NCBI GenBank assembly: GCA_965645245.1
Contig: OZ287076.1
Location: forward strand, 186,001 to 250,000
Length of the DNA: 64,000 nt
DNA from: Massalongia carnosa
Lineage: Eukaryota
Reading direction: 5' to 3'
The notes under the pieces were generated by a model. The model was not told the DNA's origin, searched no databases, and saw only the letters and a program-made list of their open reading frames with translations. Both the position numbers and the translations under genes were made by a program. Positions 49,161 to 62,745 of the stretch are shown here, piece by piece (position 1 is the first letter of the stretch; the number at the start of each line of letters is the position of its first letter).

Positions 49161-50019
49161 TCCGATGATCCGTGATTTCTGCATGAAGCTATACTCTGGC
49201 GATGCAACTCGAAGGTCCAACTGCTCACACTTTAAGACGTTGGATCAAAATCACGGTTTCAACTCCCTTATTCCCCGCCTCCCTCATCTCCCTTGAGTGT
49301 AGAAAATGTTAAACTTTATAACTTCCATGTCATGAGTCTCAAGAGTTAATCAATTACCGTGAGGCGCTCCGTGTCTAGGGCCTCAACGCTCAAACTATGT
49401 TATCTTCAGATATGTCTCTTATTTTCCGGAGTTGAATCATATGTTTCCTAAATTTTATTACATTCCTTAATTATAATGAAAACAAAAATTGAAAGAGGGG
49501 TTTAAAAGTCGTTTTGAGTAAATTGTGAATCTTTATAGTAATCATATTTGATGAAACACAATAAAAGAAGAATTCGTGTTGAATTCGGATTGGGATAGGT
49601 TTTTTCAAGGTGTCCTGAGCGGCAACTAGATTTGACGCATTTTATATAATAAAGAGGAAGAAATGAGAAGAAAAGAAAGCGTGGAATTATAAATGTACGT
49701 TGTTGTTTCGTCGCAATGTCGAGATTCGAAACTCAAGAATTTCGTTATGGCGGTTTGATATTTACCGTCCGCCGTAGATAACCTCTTAATCTTGAGCAAA
49801 AGCGATGTCAGCCACAAGTACAGGATTAAACAACCCTCAAGATTTGATATTCGAGAAAGAGCATATGTTATCGGTTACATCTTGCAGAGTAGCCACATGA
49901 ATTTGCATCTCGCTAGATGAAACACACGCCTTAAAACCACTTCCGACATGAGGGACAATGGCTTTTACTTGGCAGCTAACGCCAATAATCTATAGCCAGT
50001 CAGTTTCTTTTGTGCCTGT

Positions 50020-51171
50020 ATGCGTCTTGCTACTCGACTTCTGATCATGACCGGCGAGGTCGCCGCAACTCTGGCGGCAGGTCATCGGCTCAGAGGCAAA
50101 GTAGGCTCGTACAAGGTTTTGGAGCAATTTACGAAGAAGCGAGATGTTTGGAAAGCTATGTGAGTTATCATGTTATTTATCTATGCATTAAGTGCGCAAT
50201 GCTTTTCTTGACTGACTAGGATGCAGTGATGAGAACACTCGCCAGGTGGTTATCAAAACAGCGCCGCCACACCTCTTGAGCACTGAGCGCGAAGTTCTCA
50301 ACATCGTAAAGAACCACACATGCATTCGTCAGATGATCAATGATATCGAAAGTCCTTCCTCATTAGTGTTAGAGTACCTAGACGACAACCTCTTGGACGT
50401 ATGCAGTCGGAAAAGACTGAAAGGCTTAGACGTGAAAGTTGTGGCTCGCACTGTACTTGAAGCACTCGCAGTGCTCCATGAGAATGGCTTCGTCCATACT
50501 GGTCAGTTGACACGTTTTACCACACACCCAACTGCCGTTCTAATGTAATATTTGACATAGATGTTAAGCCTGACAACGTTCTCGTTAACTATGTCAGTGG
50601 AACGACCCGCTTTAGTAGAGTTACGCTAGGAGATTGTGGCGACGTGTATCAATTTAATCCGAACGCGGATCCACTCGAAGAATGTCACGTGATCGGCGCA
50701 GCAATCTTCAGGAGTCCTGAGGCACAGTTAAACCTCCGCTGGGGGCCGCCGACGGACATATGGTCCCTCGGGGCCACCGTACGTAGTTCACCACTCCTTT
50801 TGTCAGATATTTCATACTGATCTGCGCGGCTGATCAGTCTGATATTCGGCAGAAACTGACATATCTTTAGGCCAGCAAATGTTCCCTTTGACGATGAACA
50901 TTACGGGTTTCGGGTGCTTGTTGAGCAAGTCAGGCGCTTCGGGCCTTTCAATGACAGTTTCGAGGAAATCGCGGAAGCGGAACGCCTCGCAATCTGCACG
51001 GGTGCGATTGTCTACACCCAGCCGAACCAAAATTGGCTCCCGTTCTGTATGTCCGAAGACGAAGAACTGGCACGGCCGGACAGGGAATTCATCGCGAGAA
51101 TGATGAAACTGGACCCAAGGGACAGACCAACGGCAAGGGATCTTTTGCAAGATGCGTGGTTTAGCACATAA
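50020..51171 (+). pseudogene. Ser/Thr protein kinase (fungal SRPK/CMGC-like) with one premature stop
   Basis: VVIK, HT|DVKPDNVL, LGDCG, FRSPE, TDIWSLG, DRPTARDLL; three introns; TGA at 50857 in place of Trp. Confidence 0.8.
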
Positions 51172-52299
51172 AGCTTGTCGCTTGAAGGACGCTTGTCGGC
51201 AGGGAAGATATGGCTGTTCTGCTAAGATAGATGGAAGTACAAAGGTGAGCAAGGCGCTACCATTCCTCGACTTCCTCCTATGCTTGGCCTCGTTGACACA
51301 GAGGCTGCCGGGGAAGTGGTCAAGTGGTAGCGCTGAGAGGGCTTGCAACCGCTGATACTCCGTGATCGTCTCTGCGGCCAAGTCTTTCGCGTCGGTGCTG
51401 GGGTAAAGTGATGCTAGAGGTCTAGGACTCAGGAGGATCGATGATAGGTCCGGCAGTGGCCTAGGCATCCAAGCAACAGAGCCTCTTGGCTACTCCCTCG
51501 AACAGGATATGAGGAGATGCGCAGTACCAATCTCGGACTAGATGCTGGTGGTCTCGATTGGAGCACCAGTTTTGCTTTAGTCCCATTGGGGCTTATGACT
51601 AAGATGATTAGATAGTTACGCCTGTTGTGCCTCATCTTCCTTGCATACCACCAAGCCATATGCTACCGTTCGCCCCCGGAATTTTTCTCTGTTTTTCCCA
51701 GGCTCCGTAGTAGTATGAGCTAAAAGAGATCTTCATGGTAATGATGTTTGCCTTTTCACATCTATCGAGTCTCCACTATTCGTTCTCGAAGCTTGCGGTG
51801 GCATTAGGCATCATAATCTACCGTCTTTGCAGAGTGCGCTAGCATCCACTGATTGCCAAACGCCGGTCCCAATCCTCCTTATAGAATCCATCCACTCACC
51901 CTCTTCGTCAGCTTTGCAAGCGACCCAAAGAGTATCAATACCCTTTCTGGACGAAAGATCAGAACAGCGAGATCGCTATCCGAAACTTGATACTAGACGA
52001 TTACTCTTAACTTTGGAGCAGCAGATTGTTGCTCCCAGACTTAACATCGCTGAAACAGGTGCTATTTAACACTTTATATCCTTCCTGGAGTTGGCAAAGA
52101 TCGGAAATTATTTTCGGAAAGATGCAGCGATTATGTTCGAGCTAATTGGGATATTTTCAACAGAGTTAATCTGAGGATAGTGTGCTTGAATATCACTTGC
52201 TTCTTTCATATTGACGGCAGATCTCACACTATATTTGTGTCATTTAAAAAACCCCAAATCTTAACAATCGAAATCTCGATTAAAGACAATTCATTCTAT

Positions 52300-52710
52300 G
52301 AAAATATAGATTCACTTTGGAGGATTATATGTGAGCTATCTACTCATTATATAGCAGTCACATTGAAGACTTTCCGGCGACCCCCTTTCATAGGGAGTAG
52401 CTGGTCCACTGATTTTCGGTCCTCGGAGGTCACTTCGGCCCCCGTGGTAGGGTTACCGAAGACAGGCACTAGATGGATGCCCATGATGGTAGTCTAACAG
52501 TCCTTACCATCTAACACTTACCATCTAACAGTCCTTACCATCTAACACTTACCATCTAACAGTCCTTACCATCTAACACTTACCATCTAACAGTCCTTAC
52601 CATCTAACACTTACCATCTAACAGTCCTTACCATCTAACACTTACCATCTAACAGTCCTTACCATCTAACAACTAGATGGATGTTAGTTTTTAGTTCTTA
52701 CCATCTAACA
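52300..52710 (-). repeat. Solo-LTR-like sequence whose 5' end is a tandem array of the TGTTAGATGG terminal motif
   Basis: 5.5 copies of the 31-bp unit GTCCTTACCATCTAACACTTACCATCTAACA at 52500-52671. Adjacent sequence shares CTACCATC.TGGGCATCCATC and TGTGACTGCTATA..GTAGATAGC with LTR A and the 19927 LTR. Confidence 0.75.
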
Positions 52711-53904
52711 CATTCATATACGACTGATCTCGATGATAACTGCCTAATCATTAATCTGAGCATTCCCTTCCCAGTCCCGATATAAAGCGCATGCACCACA
52801 ATCATTGAGTCCAAAGAAACGAACAGTGAACGACAAGTCTTCGAAGATAGTATTTTATACATGAATGCCTAACATCATCTGCATATCACGCAATTGATCT
52901 CAACTCAAAGATAACTATCGTTCTCTTTGCCTGTCAGCGTAGCCTCCCCAAGCAAAAAACACTGACGAGCTGTTTTCTAAATTTTGACCCCTTCGGCCCA
53001 AAAACCCCAAAGCTGTCCCTGAATTCCTGAAAGATGATAAGTACTCGGCTAGATGAAGAGTTCAACTTTCAGTTATACCTAGATCTCCTCCAACGTGTAA
53101 AATATTAATTAAAAGTGCTGTTTGCACAACTCACGTAACCTGAAAGAAAAAGAGCGGTTGAGAAGAATCTGCTAAAAAGACGTTGCACTTCACGTCACTA
53201 CTCCCGACTGTAGAGATTACGATTTACAACTCCGTTCTTCTCTAGCTCCTTGGTCTTTTATAAAAGATCGACCACTTAAACTCTTGTCCAATCGTTCTAA
53301 CTGCTGCTGATCGCACCCGGAGGCTTCGTCTCCCATTTCCACCGGCCTCAGCGCTCCCCCCATTTTTTAATTGGCTTCCAGGCGAGGCGAATCGACGACA
53401 TGGTGACGTCCCCATCGGGGTATGCGGGGCCTTCAGTTTCAGATCCCGAATATCAGAAACAATACCATATCGTCGCTTTCTTTTTAATATTCATGGGATT
53501 GGCCTGGGACGTGCTCGAGCGTGAAGGGAAATGGGAGATGGGGCCATCAATGATCGTTTGGCCTGGTCACATGTGAATCGTGGCTATTTGTGGCGTTTCA
53601 AAGCTGTCACTATGGGCGAGCTAGCCCGTGCCTCCTTGCGATGTTGTTATCTACGCTGTCGTTTGAGATCGGCAGAGACGAAGACACAGCCACGCTTCGA
53701 CTTTCACATTCTGATCAATACACATGATTCTTTGGAACTAGAGAAAGACGAGAGATGGAAAGTAGAAGAAGCTTTGGTGTAAAGTATTTCGTATGAAGTA
53801 GATACATGACAAGCATACTCCTATCGCAAATTTGACCATGCCATGTCCTCTCCCAGCTAGCCTGCCTCGCGCATCGCCCCCAAGTCGCAGCCTCTACGGT
53901 GAGC

Positions 53905-54400
53905 TCACGGCACATTGCCTGTCAAAAAGTCCGTGATGATATTGTACGCCCCCATCGCGTTACGGTGGAAGTTGATGTTGTGCCTCGTGCCCGGGTGGAG
54001 CGTCTGCTGCAGCTTGGCGTTACTATAAATCCTCCGTGCTGGCTCGTTAAAGAAGCCCAGGCAGTAGCCATCACAAAATATCTAATCGTTGTCGCCCGAG
54101 TTGTGCAGCGCAGGACCCTTGTACGTGTCAACGTTCGGCGGACCACTGAGGAAAGCCAAGAACTCGGCGATAGTGAGGACTCCTTAAACACCTTGGCAAA
54201 ATACGCCGTGAGCGCTGGGCTTCTTGGATTAGGTCAAGATTTGCTCGTCCTTGTCCATCCATGTCAAGTACCCATTGTCCGGATCGCCGTAGAGCGCCGC
54301 ATTCGCCTGATTAGCGATGCGCGGGACAAAGGAACGGACGTTGAGGTCCATCCCGTTAAACTGATGACCGTATGACAGTAGGCGTTCAGAGGATAATAAG
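53905..54400 (-). pseudogene. Alpha/beta hydrolase C-terminal fragment
   Basis: Hand translation gives YKGPALHNSGDND*IFCDGYC..HPGTRHNINFHRNAMGAYNIITDFL with several stops. Confidence 0.55.
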
Positions 54401-55729
54401 GTTGAGCCAGGTTGCCAAAGTACCCTCTATACGGGGGAGGCCGATGATGCAGTACTTGTGGCAATTTGCGTTAGCATGCACTACTAACGCCAAACCCCTG
54501 GGCAAGGGACGTTCATGAATGGACATTGTTTCCTTTGATAGAAATAAAATTTACAAGTAATCATGTCTTGCTGCCGAGTATCAAGTGAAATTTATGAAGC
54601 ATAAGAAAAGAGAAAGTTGCAAGTGATAAAACAAAGCTGTTTGAGCAGATAATCCAATGCTCGGATGATGAACAGAGATAATTTGTACTGGAGTCTCGAG
54701 AAAAAGCACCAATGTATGACTATTTCTTGTACTTTGTACTTTTATTCCCTTCATGCGACCGACTTAAAGAAGCGCAATATTCAACTCAGATCAATGAGTC
54801 TCAAAAATGCTGAACATTCACGAACAAATTTATCACTGACTAGTGAAACGCAGTACATATAGCACAAAGATCGCGGAGATAGTTTCCACAGGAATCATGT
54901 GCAGAGATCAAAATGTGGACGAAAGATGACATAATAAGCCGAGTCTATCTAGTTAATCAGCCTTACGATGATGCATGCACGATTTTAGATTCCGAGTGCC
55001 GTAATACGCATAAATCTCATCCTTCGGCAAAACAGCATCGTGCGATTCTGATGCAGTGCGTCAACCTGGGACCTTGAAGGGCCAGCAAAATTGGTGTCTC
55101 CCAAAGATGAGTTGGTGACTTACATAGTCAAGTAAAATGAGTACCTAATGTCTTGTATCGTCCGACCAGACCGCTAATGCCTGTTTCACCAGCTGACGAA
55201 CTGAGCAGCGGTTGAGCAAACACAATCATCTAACCCATCATTCACGTTTCTTGTAAGATTTGAAGAACTCGTCAGCTTTGAAATACCCTCATACATGTCT
55301 AGAGTTGATGTAAAAAACTCGATACCTAAAGAAGAAACACTCATAAGTATTTATGAGACGATGTATTATGTGTACTGTAATTACTTGGGCAACGAGTATG
55401 ATATACACATTACGTTGCCTTTTCAACGAGTTTGAACGATGAGATTTTTTTAAGGTCATCCTGCCATAATTCTTTTGTTTGGTTTGTGTATTTGCATCTC
55501 TGAGCAAGTGTCCTGCCATCTCATAATATGAACGTCTGAAACTCCAAAGTTTGATGGGATTGGAAGGGAAAGAGAGGAAGCTCCCTCGTTCCGCTGCGTC
55601 AGAGTAAACCTTGATGATACATGGAGAGGAAGTTGTGACTGGAATGAGCTATGGCTATGGATCAAAACCCCTTTCAGTACCTTCTCATTTTCTCCCGCTA
55701 CTTGCAATTATGTCCATGACGTTTGATCA

Positions 55730-56500
55730 AGCTCATTCTGAAACACCATTGAAGCTTGAATGGCCAAACCGGAATTTAACAAAATCCTCTTCTGGTCAAA
55801 GCCAGACAACTTCTCGAAGCCCGCACCCAGTCGAGGATCTTCAGACAGGCTCTCGCCTAGCTGATTTAGTCATACCGTTCGCCTCGGACTAGGCGAAAGT
55901 ATTTCATCCATCCAGGCTGTGGTCTTGCTACCGCTCATTTTATGAATTGCGCCAAGCATCAGGGTTCGGCCGGTAAAATCGAAGCTGTTCGCTTTCACAG
56001 AGACACACTCCGTCTGAAGCCAACGGCGGGCGATCAGGTTTTCCTGGAAGTGCCAGAGTCCTGCCGATTTGGCAGCATGAGTACCAACATTACCAATCCA
56101 TCCCAGCCTTTCTGAGCCGTAACGAAAGTCATTGGCAGCAGCTGGAGGTAATGAGCTGTTTTGAACAAGTGAGAAAATAACTTACCAGAAACAGGTATAC
56201 TGATCATTGTCTTATTCAAGATAGAGTCGACCACGCCTCTATCTCCATTGTAGAGATACCAAGTTGAAGAGTTCTTGTGAATACTAAGTAGCATGCAGGC
56301 TCTATGATTTTCATTGTTCTTAAGGAGCCTAGAAGGCCTATGTATCTTCAAAGACTGACATATCATCTGAGGTATTAGACCACTAAGTAAGATTGCAGCG
56401 GTGCCAAAGTTGCCAAAGGCAGAGCTCAATGAAAATGCCAAGAAACAGAAAGAACCTCATGGCTTGAATGATAGAAGTTTCAACAATTCATTCTAGCACT
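55730..56500 (-). pseudogene. Fungal hypothetical membrane protein, degenerate
   Basis: Hydrophobic segments and WYLYNGDRGVVDSILNKTM, QLLPMTFVTAQKGWDG, FTGRTLMLGAI, WMDEIL; frameshifts. Limits are approximate. Confidence 0.5.
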
Positions 56501-57528
56501 CGATACGAGGCGTATGCCCTTGCCCTCTACTGACGCCTGAATTCAACCACATGAAGAGTTTAGTAACGGAGAAATCTCAATGCTTTTTCTGGGCTCTTAA
56601 AAGCGAATCCTAACTTTTCGTTTGCCTAAACTTCTGCCCGGCTCATCATTTGCGTCTAGTACGTGTTAACTCAATATATGGCCAACTATGCAAGTTGAGA
56701 GCTGCAAAAAATTTCGCATGTAGAGCGTTTACCTGGGTGAATTTTGCTGGCTGGGTACTTGTTGCGAACGGGTTTTCGGCTCCGAATTGCGTGCGCCGCG
56801 CTACCTGGCTGACGAAGCGCATTCTTGATGATCTTACTCGCTGCGCCATTCGCGCACGGAAAATTGGAGGCCCACTTCACATACCATACATGATGACTTA
56901 CTGCGCCCATTGTGCTTACTCGATCTAAAAAACCGGGCCCTCTCTCCAGCAGTCTTGACGTTCCCTCCAGCACCCCAGGCCTTGGAAAAATATTGATACT
57001 GAGGCGATTGGTTAAGGCAGCTTCGCCCGCTAGCTGATGGCCAAAACGGTAGCTGGCGAGATGGCACGCATGATAAATCAAAGGAGTCCAACATGTCCAA
57101 AAAGTAAACGACAAAAAAATAAGACGAATACAATATATATATTATATCTATCTATCATATTTTCCGCCTCTTGCAAGAATGCAGAATACAAAATATATAT
57201 ACGAGGTATCTTCTCAAAGTAGCGGCAATGGTGCCAAGCCACTTTCAGTATTCGGCTTTGCCGCTCGAGGCTTCCTAACTAAGGTCTTGGTTCATGCATT
57301 AGTGGGACGCCTTTTCCAAGGATTATCACGATGCTCTGGGGTACAGAGCGCTCTGTTCCAACCGTCGAGGGGAGGTCCGTTGGCCTGGGGCTTCTCACTC
57401 TTAATCCAACGGGCATATTGATTTAGTGGAAGGCCACCATCTTTGCGAATACCTAGCTCTCTATTGATTCTCCATATGGGCTTCGACGTCAGACTTGCTA
57501 ACCTTTACAAAACAAGTTTAGAGGCATC

Positions 57529-60145
57529 ATGTCTATAAATCACGGCCCACGTCTCATGTATGCCCTCGAAGTGGTCTATAGCTGCATCAATGATCTGCAG
57601 CGTTTGGACAGCCATAACCCCTTTAGTGGCCTCGATAACCACGAAAGACGTTGGCAACTCAAGGAGTTCTGCACTCCACTAATCCATGCAATCCAGCGGG
57701 AAACAGATCATTCCCAACAGATCGATCTGCAGCTTTCTAAGCTACTGCCAGCAGCTCTCCACAAGCATCCAAGTCTGCCCCATTCAGGTTCTCCTCTTCT
57801 CGATAACGCTCAATGTGCCCAAGCAAACGGTTTGCTAACTCGTTTCCCGTGTACCTCAGCGCCTATTTCGTCTGCCGCCGAGCGGCTCAGTCCTAACTGC
57901 CAACCGGGGCACTATCTTGCACGGAGTTCGGGATGAAAGTTGGGTGGTGAAGTATCTCTTGCCAGAGGCACGCTTTTGGCTTGAGGATCACTCGCCGGCC
58001 CATGCAAGCCCGGTCCGTGAGCTTATTACAAATCTCCATAATACCATATGGAACCATATGTACGTCACGACTTATATCGACACCAATAGTCTAGTCTTTC
58101 TTTTCAAAGTGGCGTCGTTAGGCCATCAACCTGATCTAGCTTTCGCGACCGACTTCCTGCGCTATATCAACCTCCTCTCCGAGCTCTTGGATGAGTACGA
58201 TTGTTTAGTCAGCGTGGTGGAATTTGGGCTCCGTGAACCTTTAAATCATCCTGCCCCATCAGTACAAGCGCTGAAAGACGCCCTCTTCCCTGTGGATAAC
58301 AACAATCAAGAGCAAAGTCTCCACGTGTTGGAGGCGTTTCTATGGTCAGCATAGCAACGTTCAATCATGTTGTACTTCTATTATATTGTTGGCGTGCAGC
58401 TATGGGAAGGATCCTCCTCAACGTGGACGACACTCTTGGCAGTGCGAGGTGTAAATCGACTTACCGAATTTGAAGCGGATGATTACCGTGGCAATAGTAC
58501 CCAATACCTGTGCAATTGGGCATTTGAGCTTCTCCGAACTAGCAGGTTCTCCCTCGCACTAGATTTTCGTTGATTAATTTCTACTTTCGATGCTCATTTT
58601 CGGGACTCGAAAGGTCGCTGCATGATAAACTCGGAACTGACTTGTGAAGGCGATTTGCCCGAGTCATGTCAACGATTTACAGGTGCAGAAACAGAGGCGC
58701 AGTCTTTGCATGCTTCAACATGCAATAGCAGGTGTTCAAGGATAAGATGGAATGAGAAGTCTTATAGGGATTCCCTAAACCCCCGAGCGGTAGTCGTGGA
58801 GAGAGATAATACTGAACTGCACTACTGCAGAGCGTCCCCGACTACCATGGCTATCTCTCACGTCTGGAGCCACGGACAGGGGGGAAGGCCTCAAGACGGC
58901 TTCAATGTCTGTCTTCACGAGGGATATTGTAGGCTGGCCAGAAGCTTTGGCTGTGAATCATATTGGATCGATTCAACTTGCATACCATATAATTCTCAGC
59001 TGCGAAAGGAGGCCATCATGTCAATTGAAGACATCTTTTGCTATAGCCAAATCACACTGATTAGCGACCAAGATCTAGAATCAGTAGCAGCGCACGGCCC
59101 ATCTACAGAAGAACTCGAGACGTTACTATTGATACTCCTAGTATGTGACTGGAGGGTTAGAGCGTGGACTATGTTGGAAGCTATACGCGGAAGTAAATCC
59201 ATTTACATACTTTGCCGAAGCGATCGCACTGTGTCTTTACTTAACCTAATGCAAAATATTCATCAGTACGGCGCCGTTGATCTTGCAGTTCTTTCAGGAA
59301 GCGCGCAGCACCTTTTACCGTCTTCCGATCCAAGTTCTTCAAAGGCGATTGAAGAGGTTGGCTATCTTCTCAGTCAACGGCATGCATCCCGACCAAATGA
59401 CGAAGTAATTATTTGGGGCCTTTGAGCAATTTGGCGGCTCCTAGAGATATTATAGAGCTCTGGAGAAATTCTAAGAAGCGTAATGAAGTGAATACCGCCT
59501 TCCTTATGTCAAGCGCACCGCGTGTCCAGGGCCACCCAGGCCACGGATGGGCTCCACAAAGCCCGTATATTCGACCTCAGCAACTATTTACGGAATTGGA
59601 CGATGGTTTAAAACAATACTATAGCGTACGTTATCCATCTTACGATGGCCGAGGAAGCCAGGTTGCCAAGATCAGTTCAGAGGGCTTGCTAGGCAAATGG
59701 CTTGTTCAGGATATGGATTTAGAAGCTGCCTCCGTACTTTACGAAGAATGTCATTAAGAGAACTTCCATATTATGGCTAGACCGAGATCGCGAAGCCATC
59801 TTAGGCACCCCCAACTTCGACGTAGATGTGAAACTCTTCCCGCGGCCAGATTACGCGAATGCTTGCGGTACACTGATGGCTCTCTGTTCGATTCCCCATG
59901 CCAGAGTCAAAATACTAAGACCTCTTGCGACAGATGGCATCAACCCATATACTGGGAGTAGCAGCAGAGGAGAGAACTTTAGTGTACTTGTTTCGATTTG
60001 CGTCTGTATTCGATCGAACGGTAGAGAAAGCTCCACTCAGGCCGGTGCCCATAACGTTGGCTCTGCGTGGCAGTGGAAAGGCGTTTTTGATTGGGCTAAC
60101 CAATCTCATAAAGGTTGGAAGCCGGAGGAACTACTCATTGTTTGA
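57529..60145 (+). pseudogene. HET-domain (heterokaryon incompatibility, PF06985-like) protein
   Basis: TMAISHVWSHGQGG..YWIDSTCIP....RKEAIMSI..IF, W..RAWTMLE, RHASRPNDE..IW. Collinear ORF pieces are split by stops at 58352, 58571, 59423 and 59755 and by frameshifts. Confidence 0.82.
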
Positions 60146-61576
60146 CACCATGTCAGAAACCCCTGACCTATGAGGTTTCTCTGTGGGTCTCTGTGGGTCT
60201 CAATTACTTCGGAATAGGTGCAGAGACCGTTGCCGACCACCAAGATCACTCTCAATTTATACTCTCTGTTTACTCCACAGGCTTTTTTCCTGAATCGAGA
60301 TTTCTCCGATAAACATGGTCACTTCGCTCTCAAATCTGCACACATATTTAAAGAAAGAAACTTATATTTTGACGGGAGAAAGCCTTCACAGATAGAACGT
60401 TCTGACCCACCTGGTTTTCACAAATCTTCCAATTTCTACTAATCGCGTGGCAATATAAGCTGGATCTTAGTCTTGACATTATATATCAAAACTTATATGA
60501 TGTCCAGAAATACTCGTAGCTTTTACGACGGACCGACTTAGGGACTCGGGTATATGGTAAAAATCTGATTAACTGTTTTTAGCAGGGCAGTTCTCGTTCC
60601 ATGAGCTTTAATCGACTAATCACCTACCGGGCCGAAATCGTAGTCTTCACTACTTCGTTAAGCTTCTATGAGTTTTGCAATTGGACAAACATGAAACTGC
60701 GCTTCAAGGCTTCCTAGAGAAATCGGAAAATTCAAGTGTATTCACATCAGCTACAATGGACAGGCCGACGACAGAACCGAAAGAGTATAAAAATATGAAA
60801 TAGAGCAGATTTATGAAATGGCAGCGCAGACCAAATATGGGGCGAATTTGCGAAAGGCAATGACGGAAGGCAGAGGCTAAAGCACTATTGCCTGCAGAAC
60901 AGGACTGGATTGGATTGAACAGAGGGATAATTATAGTTATATATGTCGAGAGTATTTATGTTTCTGAAAAGGCTGTTATAATCAGGCAACAAAAAAAGTC
61001 AGAGAACGAAAGGAAAATAATTTTCTGCGCCGATGAATAGCTGCCATTCTATTTGCTTTTTGATTTCTTATTGAAATTCAATGAGGCTTAACTTGTTCTT
61101 GATCGCCTCACCTCGCCTCCCTCTCACCAAATCATGGTTTACATACAAGCAGAATATAGAGAGGCATGAGATTAAAGATTCGCATCCATGATAATCACAG
61201 AGGAGATAATCACAGGCTTCAGAGCTAATGAGTTGGGTGCTTGCCAAAAGATTTTGAAAGATGAAGTCAGGAATTAGGAGGTCAACGCTGAGTTGAAGAT
61301 ACTTAATTAGGTAAACATGTACGGAGTATGTACGGAATAATTATCTATTTTCGGAATAGCTAACGCGGCATAAAATCGGTTCTCGTAAGGCTGAGACGCG
61401 GATGTTAAACAATGCGGTGCACACAATAATTACTTCGGTACAGAACCAAAGCCAATACACCAGCTTCAGCCAGCTTAACCCTTTCCTTTCCTTCTTCGTC
61501 TTCACTTCTTCAGCCAACCAACCATTCCCATTCCCATTCCCATTCCTGAAGCCAGCAAAGCTACCCCATCAGAACC

Positions 61577-62460
61577 ATGAGTGACGAGGTAAGGAAGTAT
61601 TTTCCCTATATATCAAAATCCGTAATTTGCAACGTTTTGGTGGATTTTTAACAAAAGATCCTCCAGGGCGCCTCCCCGCGCGAACTGCTTCTCGAAGCAT
61701 CCCGGCGCAACAATACTAGCCTGCTCTCGGAGCTCCTAGACGCGCAGGCGTCGGCCACGAAAATCTCCCAGCTGCTCAACACCGCCACCGACGGCGTCGG
61801 GGCTTACTGCCTGCATCTCGCCGCGGCGTATGGAAGCTGTACGTAGGATCCCGTGAGGAAATCCCTCTACGTTCCCTCCTCCCCTCCCGCGCTGCTCTGA
61901 GGAGGGGGCGAAGCCAAGAAATTGGATTGGAGATGGGGAGGGCGGGGGCTACAGCTAACGGAAAATTTTTCCCGTCACACAGACGAAGTGCTTGATCTTC
62001 TGCTTGACCAGGAAGGGCTCGAGGTCGATCCCGTCGACCGGTTGGAGAAAGACACGCCGTTGCACAAGGCCGTGCGGTTCGTCAACGGGCTCTCAAAATC
62101 GGAGTGGGAGGCCGGGTCCTCGCTCGTCGAGTTGCTGCTAGATGCTGGTGCGGATCCGAGGTCTGTGTTTTTACCCCCCCCCCCCCCTTCCACCAAAAAC
62201 AACCAAAAAAAAAAGACCCAGAAGGATTATTTGCTTGCGCAAAACAATGGGTAGAGCGGGAGCTAACAAAGCGCGCGACTTGGGGTGGCAGGATACGCAA
62301 CAAGGCGAAGCTGAAGGCTGCGGAGTTGGTGGATCCCAAGAATACGGCGCTGCGGGGGGTGTTGCAGAAAGCGGAGTTTGCCATCATGGCCGGCGACGAG
62401 GTCGTGATGGATGAGGATGACGAGACGGGGCCCACAGGGAGCGCGAGCGATAGCGAATGA
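61577..62460 (+). CDS. Conserved fungal ankyrin-repeat protein, 4 exons
   Basis: Exons 61577-61588, 61667-61838, 61983-62160 and 62292-62460 give MSDEGASPRELLLEASRRNN..LHLAAAYGSYEVLDLLLDQEGLEVDP..TPLHKAV..LLDAGADPRIRN. Confidence 0.9.
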
Positions 62461-62745
62461 GGGTTGGGTAGAAAAGGTATGGCAGAGATTCTGGCTGGGG
62501 TGCATATACAATAGCGGGTTTTGGGGGCGGGGAGAGAAAGGGGGAAAACGATGCTTTGCATAGCTATGGTGTTTGGGGATAGAGCGGCCTGCGGGGGGCG
62601 ATGGCCTGCGGGTTCGGTTAGGGGCTGCGAACCAACGGGGCTTCGGGGTTGAGAGGTTTGTTTTTGTATGATACTTTCTTTACGCTTGCTTGGTGGGGGT
62701 GGAAGATAGAGGTTCTGAAGAGTAGGATAGCTGGGTTCTGGGAGC

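Noticed and set aside
52500..52671. Telomere-like or CRISPR-like array
   Set aside because: Not TTAGGG-type, no spacers, and the motif equals the LTR terminus seen elsewhere in the window.
53899..54375. 158-aa plus-strand ORF
   Set aside because: Antisense shadow of the minus-strand hydrolase pseudogene.
56646..57421. Cluster of short ORFs between the membrane-protein and HET genes
   Set aside because: No coding signature or motif; probably intergenic sequence or an unrecognisable repeat remnant.
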